DNA from: a virus
Strand: one strand, 5' to 3'
Virus record (IMG/VR): IMGVR_UViG_3300022758_000022
Location: 1-6,358 of that record
Length of the DNA: 6,358 nucleotides
Part shown: positions 1 through 4,844 of the stretch, one piece after another
How the letters are laid out: each line of letters starts with the position of its first letter
Position numbering within the stretch: position 1 is the stretch's first letter
Made by a program: the position numbers and the translations under genes
Notes under the pieces: generated by a model
Told to the model about the DNA's origin: nothing
Seen by the model: only the letters and a program-made list of their open reading frames with translations
Database searches by the model: none

Positions 1-127
1 ACAGGAATACGTAAATTCCTATTAACAGAAGAGAAAGAATAACTAAAACGATTATTATCCAAAGAATCTACAGATTTAAGTTCTATATAAGGAAGATACT
101 GATCTTCATAAGAAAGCCAAACAAAAA
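1..127. repeat. Terminal direct repeat, copy 1 (circular-genome assembly overlap); identical to 6232..6358
   Basis: I aligned the two window ends by hand: 'acaggaatacgtaaattcctattaacagaagagaaagaataactaaaacgattattatccaaagaatctacagatttaag...aagaaagccaaacaaaaa' occurs at 1..127 and again at 6232..6358, an offset of 6231. Confidence 0.97.
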
Positions 128-314
128 AGCAATATTTGAAATTGGAAGCAATATTCATAGCTAATGCAGTATCACGGTTTGACTTATTTTTTAAACACGA
201 ATAGCAATGACCACAAGGGACATATATAATATCATTCGTATACTTATTCAGTACCTTAACAGGATGAAGACACTCAGAAAGAAGATACTTATCTATAACT
301 TCTTGATTAATCAT
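1..314 (-). CDS. VP4: Replication initiation protein (HUH rolling-circle endonuclease, Microviridae VP4 / phiX174 gene A analogue), N-terminal part. It continues at 6231 and downward via the circular junction.
   Basis: My hand translation of the minus strand upstream of the track's TTG 'start' stays open across the junction. It reaches an ATG at 312..314 and an in-frame TGA at 324..326. The N-terminus reads MINQEVIDKYLLSECLHPVKVLNKYTNDIIYVPCGHCYSCLKNKSNRDTALAMNIASNFKYCFFVWLSYEDQYLPYIELKSVDSLDNNRF... It carries the C..HP / PCGxCxxC cysteine cluster (195..272) and the motif-1-like FFVWLSY (108..128) typical of microvirus Rep proteins. Confidence 0.9.
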   Translation of the reverse strand, partial: MINQEVIDKYLLSECLHPVKVLNKYTNDIIYVPCGHCYSCLKNKSNRDTALAMNIASNFKYCFFVWLSYEDQYLPYIELKSVDSLDNNRFSYSFSSVNRNLRIP

Positions 315-316
315 AA

Positions 317-490
317 TTATTGTTCAGAAGTAGGAACAAACATATCAATAGAATCAATCAACAAAACGCTATCCGAAAATAATTTCACCTCTATAAACGA
401 AGAGAGATCTTCACGACGAACAACAAAAATCTGAACCTGAGCTTGAGAACTCTTAGACTTAACAGAAACTAAAAAAAATTCATTTTTCAT
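317..490 (-). CDS. Hypothetical 57-aa protein, not in the supplied ORF track (below its length cut-off)
   Basis: Hand translation gives ATG at 488..490 and TAA at 317..319: MKNEFFLVSVKSKSSQAQVQIFVVRREDLSSFIEVKLFSDSVLLIDSIDMFVPTSEQ. It lies on the same strand as all other genes. It starts 13 nt after the stop of the 65-aa ORF and ends 2 nt before the Rep ATG, so it exactly fills an otherwise non-coding gap. Confidence 0.5.
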   Translation of the reverse strand: MKNEFFLVSVKSKSSQAQVQIFVVRREDLSSFIEVKLFSDSVLLIDSIDMFVPTSEQ

Positions 491-503
491 AATTGTAATT
501 TTT

Positions 504-701
504 TTAACGATTAATATTTATTTTAGTGGAATCTACAGAAGAAGTAGATGTTTGTTCAGTAGACTGAGAACTATTACTATTATACTTAGAAATAGACATA
601 GACGCAGTACATGATTGTACACATAAACAAGTGATAACACCAATAATAAAAGTCGAGATAAGTTTAACTATCTCAATCCATTGTTGAGGAGTAATTTTCA
701 T
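504..701 (-). CDS. Small single-pass membrane protein (65 aa), function unknown; candidate lysis or membrane effector
   Basis: ATG at 699..701. A hydrophobic helix, WIEIVKLISTFIIGVITCLCV (about 618..680), is followed by a Ser/Thr/Asn-rich tail, SISKYNSNSSQSTEQTSTSSVDSTK. The start overlaps the stop of the upstream ORF as ATGA (698..701). Confidence 0.6.
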   Translation of the reverse strand: MKITPQQWIEIVKLISTFIIGVITCLCVQSCTASMSISKYNSNSSQSTEQTSTSSVDSTKININR

Positions 702-898
702 AATTCAGAATATTGAAATGTTAAATTAACAATAGTATATCTACGATTCAAATAAGACTTAACTACAGGAGTCTTCAATACATAAGACACAGCATGAGAA
801 AGAGTACAGCCTGTGAAAGGATCAAGGGAAAAAGACGAGACAGCTAAGTCAGTGTCGGAAGAAAAAGTAACGGCAACAGATGAAATATTTTTAGACAT
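698..898 (-). CDS. Hypothetical 66-aa protein
   Basis: ATG at 896..898 and TGA at 698..700. It is the first ORF after the long intergenic region, lies on the same strand as all other genes, and has a 4-nt ATGA overlap with the next ORF. I recognise no motif. Confidence 0.55.
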   Translation of the reverse strand: MSKNISSVAVTFSSDTDLAVSSFSLDPFTGCTLSHAVSYVLKTPVVKSYLNRRYTIVNLTFQYSEL

Positions 899-1019
899 AA
901 GCGCTATTTTTTTTAATTATAATACAATCACGGAACAAAGGAACGTTTTTTTTTTGAAAACACAAAATAAAATGAAGTTTTTTTAAGAAGGATACTGTCA
1001 TTTATCTAATATAAGGCAA
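899..1019 (-). promoter_or_regulatory. A+T-rich half of the single long intergenic region; probable promoter/leader for the small-ORF cassette and Rep
   Basis: G+C is about 25% (15 of 60 counted for 901..960). On the plus strand there are homopolymer tracts T8 (907..914), T10 (946..955) and T7 (978..984). A TATAAT-like hexamer on the minus strand (916..921) lies 18 nt upstream of the ATG at 898. I found no perfect Bacteroides-type TAnnTTTG box. Confidence 0.3.
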
Positions 1020-1029
1020 GAAGGACCGA

Positions 1030-1054
1030 GTTTTTGGGGAGATTAACCAAAAAC
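1030..1054. repeat. Inverted repeat / hairpin with an 8-bp stem
   Basis: gtttttgg (1030..1037) is the exact reverse complement of ccaaaaac (1047..1054). The loop is 9 nt, ggagattaa. Confidence 0.7.
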
Positions 1055-1225
1055 CCTCCGGGATAAATGAAATAGGCTTCGCCAATAATATAGGGGGTAT
1101 ATAGGGAAGGAGAGAAAGCGTAGAAAGGGAATTAGCGTCCTAATGAAAACAGATAAGGGCAGAACTGCACCCACTCTACGAGCGTGGTGTGCGGCTCCGC
1201 CGATATCAAGGTGCTAGACGCTAAG

Positions 1226-1241
1226 GGACGTTACCACGTCC
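1226..1241. repeat. Inverted repeat / hairpin with a 6-bp G+C-rich stem and a tetraloop
   Basis: ggacgt (1226..1231) pairs with acgtcc (1236..1241). The loop is tacc. Confidence 0.7.
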
Positions 1242-1246
1242 AGTTA

Positions 1247-1275
1247 CCTGAGGTCCGTTCAGGCCACGGAGGCCT
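1247..1275. repeat. Cluster of three mutually overlapping 5-bp inverted repeats (alternative hairpins, or an H-type pseudoknot topology)
   Basis: The pairs are cctga (1247..1251)/tcagg (1259..1263), tccgt (1254..1258)/acgga (1266..1270) and aggcc (1261..1265)/ggcct (1271..1275). The cluster ends 8 nt from the VP2 stop codon. Confidence 0.55.
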
Positions 1276-1283
1276 ATCGACTA

Positions 1284-2393
1284 TCAATAGCGATTATAGG
1301 TTCTATTGCCATACACATAAGTATTACGCGCACCGGGTTTACGAAGATTACCTGCACTACCGATAGCATTTCCGACAACACCAAGAGCATTAAGACCTTC
1401 AGACCAATAACGTTTATCAAATTGCCATTGAGAATTAAGAGCATCCATACGAGACTTCAATACAGATGCGGGTACATATTTTTTATCTCCTTCAATAAAT
1501 GGAGAATCAATATCATAAGACGCCGCATACTGTGCGTTGAGAGCTTTTATATAAGAATCAGAAGTGGCTTCAGCAATCTTATTATCTATCTGTAATCCTT
1601 TAGCTTCAGCAGCCATAACCAGGCGTTTGACAATTTCAGACTTAACCTGATGATACTTCAAATGTCCGGACGCCATAGAATCATAATACTGAGCAGCCAT
1701 TAAATCCAATTGAAGACGCTGACCTTCATCAAGATACTTATTAAGGATCTGCTTAGACTTATTATCCAACAAAACACTAAGGTGTTGAGCCTGGACCAAA
1801 TTACCGGACCACTGCATATTACGAAGATTCTGCCGATCAGTCTGAAACTGAAGACCAGCACGAGCAAGACCAGTCACTTGAGACCATTTTTTATACTCAG
1901 GACCTAATTTCCACCAATCAACATTAGAAAGAATACTGTTAGCCTGTGCGTCAAATAAAGACTTTTGACTCTGAAGAGACTGAACATTAGCATTCGTTTC
2001 CTTGGTTTGATTCGCAATTTGAAGAGCCGAAGAAAGAGTATTAGAAAGGCCGGAAAAATCCTGACGTTGCATAGCAAGAGGAGATGCTGCAGAAGCAGGA
2101 GAGGTACTACCAGAAGATTGAGCCGTACCAGCACTTCCTCCATTCATCATTAAATAAGGATTCAATCCAGCGCTTTCCAGACGAGAACGCTGAGCAGAGG
2201 CAGAATTATACTCATTGGTACGATTCCACATATCCAATTGAAACTGCCGAGCCTTTTCAGCTTCGGCAGCATTAAATTCATTATTCATCTGATTGATAGC
2301 CATATTGTTCTTATTGGTTTTATTCGTAGAAACAGCATTACCAATAGAAGAAACAACATCACCAACAATAGGAATAAAATCAAGAAGTCCCAT
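1284..2393 (-). CDS. VP2: Minor capsid / DNA pilot protein VP2 (phiX174 H analogue), 369 aa
   Basis: ATG at 2391..2393 and TGA at 1284..1286. The N-terminal block, GLLDFIPIVGDVVSSIGN...NNEFNAAEAEKARQFQLDMWNRTNEYNSASAQRSRLESAGLNPYLMM, matches the conserved N-terminal signature I recognise from Microviridae VP2 (..F..E..R.F...M....YNS...Q..R...AGLNP.L). It is followed by a low-complexity Ser/Ala/Gln-rich and coiled-coil-like region. Confidence 0.85.
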   Translation of the reverse strand: MGLLDFIPIVGDVVSSIGNAVSTNKTNKNNMAINQMNNEFNAAEAEKARQFQLDMWNRTNEYNSASAQRSRLESAGLNPYLMMNGGSAGTAQSSGSTSPASAASPLAMQRQDFSGLSNTLSSALQIANQTKETNANVQSLQSQKSLFDAQANSILSNVDWWKLGPEYKKWSQVTGLARAGLQFQTDRQNLRNMQWSGNLVQAQHLSVLLDNKSKQILNKYLDEGQRLQLDLMAAQYYDSMASGHLKYHQVKSEIVKRLVMAAEAKGLQIDNKIAEATSDSYIKALNAQYAASYDIDSPFIEGDKKYVPASVLKSRMDALNSQWQFDKRYWSEGLNALGVVGNAIGSAGNLRKPGARNTYVYGNRTYNRY

Positions 2394-2395
2394 AA

Positions 2396-2905
2396 CTATT
2401 CAGATTGAGATTCAGAAGAATTACTTTCAAGAGAAGATTCAGCAGACTCCTTCTCAAGAGAAATACGAAAAGCTTCGTCCTCAATAGATTTAGCCTGATC
2501 AATAAGATACTCACTCCACGCAATCAACTCAGAGGGAGATTGAAGATGACGAGATTTAATAGTATCTAGGATCTGATCATCAGACATACAATCCATTTGA
2601 GACTGAAGATTGCTAGATTTAGGACGACGCATATCAATCATAGATTGAACAAATCCAGATCCGTATTTCTTAGCCATATCAGCAGCATGAAGAAGCATAC
2701 TAACATCAGAACGAATACGAATAGCTTCATCGTCATCAGTTCCTATTTTTTCAAAACGAAAAGGTTCAGTAGGGAGCTCTTCCAAAACAATATCAGGCTC
2801 AGAAGAGGCACAAATAGGGCAAATCTGAACTTCTCGAACAGGTGTACATTTTCGGTAACCTGGACCAAAACATGTACAAGATTCTTTTTTCTTTTCCTCT
2901 TTCAT
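2396..2905 (-). CDS. Putative internal scaffolding-like protein (VP3-like), 169 aa, with an N-terminal Cys cluster and an acidic Ser/Glu tail
   Basis: The track starts this ORF at a TTG (2909..2911). The first ATG is at 2903..2905, 12 nt after the VP1 stop. TAG at 2396..2398 lies 2 nt before the VP2 ATG. The protein is small and acidic, and it sits between the capsid and pilot genes. The function is inferred from position and composition only. Confidence 0.6.
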   Translation of the reverse strand: MKEEKKKESCTCFGPGYRKCTPVREVQICPICASSEPDIVLEELPTEPFRFEKIGTDDDEAIRIRSDVSMLLHAADMAKKYGSGFVQSMIDMRRPKSSNLQSQMDCMSDDQILDTIKSRHLQSPSELIAWSEYLIDQAKSIEDEAFRISLEKESAESSLESNSSESQSE

Positions 2906-2917
2906 AATCAAGAAAAT

Positions 2918-4834
2918 TTAATAAGGCACACCGTCAGCAGACAATGGGCGAGTTACATAACAACCAACATTACAATTCACTAACAACTGATCCGTTTCCC
3001 AAGTAGAGTCAACCTTAACAGCAAAAATATCATCAAGAGTATTAGGATTGACTTTAAAAAATGGCCAAGTAACACCCTTATAAGCAGACAAATTACCACC
3101 GAACAAAGAATAAAGAAACGAATCATCAATAGGAGCAACCCAATCCTTGAGAGTAGTGGTAAACGCACCGTGAATGCGATCAACCTTAGTTTTCCAGTTA
3201 TAATAACGAGGATTATAACCTAAAATCTTATCCGCAGAATCTACATTGGAATAAAGATTAGAATTCATTAATTCAACAGCAGGAACAGATTCCATACCAA
3301 TGTTGTCAAATTCAGGAATAGGAAGATCTTCCACAGATGTAACAAGATTCTGACCGTCAGGTCCACTAATTGCATAATCTAATAAAGGTGTAGCATGATA
3401 AATACACATAATAATGTAATAACCAGAACCTGTACTGAATGTCATAGATCCTTGACCAGATCCAACGCCTTTACCATAAATATAGGCCTGATCAGTTTCA
3501 GAAGACAACTGCTGATTAACGACCTCAGATATATCAAGATTACGAGCAATACCTCCGATATACTTAGCCATATGAGATTCAGACTGAGGAACATTCACTC
3601 CAAAATGAGCCTTAATCTGATCTCTATAATTGGCATCTACAGACTGGGTAATTTCTTTCCACTTCTGAAGAGCCTCCGCTTGACGAAGAGCAAGAACAGA
3701 AAATTTCAAATTTAGATCAGGAGAATTTCCAAGAACAGCCCATAAATTAGAGTTTTGACGAACAGAAATAGAATCCGGAAATCGAGGAAATATGTCCGTG
3801 CCCTTTTCGGTAGAAGGAGTACCGGTATTAACAGATTGAACTCTCGTCTTAAACTGATGAAAAGTACCGGTATCATTCGTACCGTCATAAGCACCAACAG
3901 GAACCTTAGAACCTGAAATACTCATAGTTCCAAGATCTACTACTGCAAGATCTCCAAATTGAGCATTCGGGAGAATACCCATAAACTTATCCTTATTCCA
4001 ATTGGCGTAACGAAGAGAAAACAAATTATCTCGCTTCCAATAGGCATTATTAGAAGGAATAGAAGAAGCAAGATTCGTAGCACCAAATAAATTACCTGAA
4101 CCTTGATACCAATCAAAGTTATAAGATGTAGGATCAGCATTTTCCCATTGAGACCAACGGAAAAAGTCTTGATAGATCTTCTGATAAGTAGCAATGAAAA
4201 ATAAATTAACAGCTAAATTAACATTGTACTTCTGAGAATAAGAAGAAGAGTCAGACAAAGATGCCTGCATATTCCACCAACGATTAGTACCAGTACCAAT
4301 CCAAGAAGCAGAAGAATCCACAACATTTCCATAATCAAACATAGTTAACAACTTATGATTAACATCACCTCGATTATAACCGAAAATATTACCATAACCT
4401 TCAATAACAGATACATCATCTCCCAGTTGAACAGGATCACCAGCAGCAAATTTCAACGCAGAACTAAGATCAGACAAAGTACAATAAGGAAGATCTCCTT
4501 TAACAGTAAGATTGGTTAATAAGTCCTTAGACTGAATAGGAGCCTTTTCTCCCATTTGAATCACAGCAGAATCAAATGATTTCCAAATCAAATTACAAGG
4601 AACTGCGAAGAAATCAAAATACTCACGAATACGAGTATACGCAGAAGTCTGCACCGGACGAGTACGAGTAAAATACTCAAGATTAAACCTGTACGTACAA
4701 TTAGGAACCGCAAAATCGGTCCATACAGGCAATAATTCTCCAACCTTTGCAGTAAAACAATTTTTAGCAGAGATATCATGACCAGACTTATGAGGTCTGT
4801 TCTGTAACTCTTTAAGACCAGTAAAATGAGCCAT
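2918..4834 (-). CDS. VP1: Major capsid protein VP1 (phiX174 F analogue), 638 aa, Alpavirinae-like
   Basis: ATG at 4832..4834 and TAA at 2918..2920. The N-terminus, MAHFTGLKELQNRPHKSGHDISAKNCFTAKVGELLPVWTDFAVPNCTYRFNLEYFTRTRPVQTSAYTRIREYFDFFAVPCNLIWKSF, is the characteristic microvirus capsid N-terminal jelly-roll signature. The length of about 640 aa fits the Bacteroidales-associated lineage rather than gokushoviruses. Confidence 0.96.
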   Translation of the reverse strand: MAHFTGLKELQNRPHKSGHDISAKNCFTAKVGELLPVWTDFAVPNCTYRFNLEYFTRTRPVQTSAYTRIREYFDFFAVPCNLIWKSFDSAVIQMGEKAPIQSKDLLTNLTVKGDLPYCTLSDLSSALKFAAGDPVQLGDDVSVIEGYGNIFGYNRGDVNHKLLTMFDYGNVVDSSASWIGTGTNRWWNMQASLSDSSSYSQKYNVNLAVNLFFIATYQKIYQDFFRWSQWENADPTSYNFDWYQGSGNLFGATNLASSIPSNNAYWKRDNLFSLRYANWNKDKFMGILPNAQFGDLAVVDLGTMSISGSKVPVGAYDGTNDTGTFHQFKTRVQSVNTGTPSTEKGTDIFPRFPDSISVRQNSNLWAVLGNSPDLNLKFSVLALRQAEALQKWKEITQSVDANYRDQIKAHFGVNVPQSESHMAKYIGGIARNLDISEVVNQQLSSETDQAYIYGKGVGSGQGSMTFSTGSGYYIIMCIYHATPLLDYAISGPDGQNLVTSVEDLPIPEFDNIGMESVPAVELMNSNLYSNVDSADKILGYNPRYYNWKTKVDRIHGAFTTTLKDWVAPIDDSFLYSLFGGNLSAYKGVTWPFFKVNPNTLDDIFAVKVDSTWETDQLLVNCNVGCYVTRPLSADGVPY

Positions 4835-4844
4835 AATAAAAAAA

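Larger units (their letters stand above)
1020..1283 (-). other. G+C-rich, hairpin-dense non-coding island; candidate replication origin / complementary-strand priming site or structured ncRNA
   Basis: G+C is 54% (65 of 120 counted for 1141..1260), against 25-28% in the flanking non-coding and terminal sequence. Several short G+C-rich inverted repeats are present. No same-strand ORF is present. It lies immediately downstream of the VP2 stop. Confidence 0.75.

Noticed and set aside
207-434. Plus-strand 75-aa ORF from the track
   Set aside because: It lies antisense to the Rep N-terminus (195..314) and to the 57-aa ORF. Every recognisable gene is on the minus strand, and microviruses transcribe one strand only. 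The product is low-complexity and A-rich-codon driven (Ile/Asn/Lys).
718-726. ATGTTAAAT, identical to the end of the XerD-binding arm of E. coli dif (TTATGTTAAAT), as a possible XerCD attP
   Set aside because: Only the 9-mer matches. Aligned against the full 28-nt dif, the XerC arm and central region do not match (4 of the other 19 positions). The site lies inside the 66-aa ORF, and such an A/T-rich 9-mer is plausible by chance. I also do not know the Bacteroidales dif consensus well enough to judge it.
916-921. TATAAT hexamer (minus strand) as a sigma-70 -10 box
   Set aside because: The only TTG-containing candidate -35 lies about 11 nt upstream, which is the wrong spacing. The likely host group uses a different promoter consensus (TTTG / TAnnTTTG), and I could not find a perfect copy of that. 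I kept it only as a low-confidence note within the A+T-rich regulatory feature.
891-1001. 36-aa Lys-rich minus-strand ORF (MTVSFLKKLHFILCFQKKNVPLFRDCIIIKKNSAYV) as a possible J/VP8-like DNA-binding protein
   Set aside because: Its lysines come from reading through A-homopolymer tracts in the A+T-rich spacer. It is only moderately basic, it overlaps the start of the 66-aa ORF out of frame, and it occupies the most likely promoter region. It is worth a glance in comparative data but is not supportable here.
1157-1172. Possible intrinsic terminator: gggtgcagttctgccc on the minus strand, followed by ttatctgttttc
   Set aside because: The stem is only about 5 bp and needs a bulge, and the loop is minimal. 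The downstream tract is interrupted rather than a clean U-run. That is too weak to call.
1241-1275. Superficial resemblance of 'gttacctgaggtccgttcaggcc' to the SRP/4.5S RNA conserved domain, and of the island generally to tRNA-like or known ribozyme cores
   Set aside because: I could not build a cloverleaf (no T-loop GTTCRA or D-loop signatures) or the symmetric SRP loop. No hammerhead, twister or HDV core strings occur in the island. The resemblance rests on a few G+C-rich hexamers.
1647-1653. CTGATGA (hammerhead core box) on the plus strand
   Set aside because: It lies inside VP2 on the non-transcribed strand. There is no nearby GAAA box or flanking helices arranged as a hammerhead. It is a chance heptamer.
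1184-3715. Other plus-strand ORFs (1184..1366, 1710..1907, 1965..2153, 2084..2275, 2293..2487, 2597..2983, 3395..3715), several of them very basic
   Set aside because: All are antisense shadows of VP2, the scaffold-like gene or VP1. Their Arg/Lys/Ile richness follows from reading the A-rich antisense strand. Several need non-ATG starts; for example 1184 is a GTG.
1904-4779. Short same-strand alternative-frame ORFs inside VP2 and VP1 (1904..2143, 2980..3183, 3712..3897, 3940..4194, 4588..4779)
   Set aside because: They are 61-84 codons long and extremely Leu/Ile/Phe-rich, which is typical of off-frame reading of a T-rich sense strand. Their lengths are within chance expectation, unlike the 175-codon ORF in Rep.
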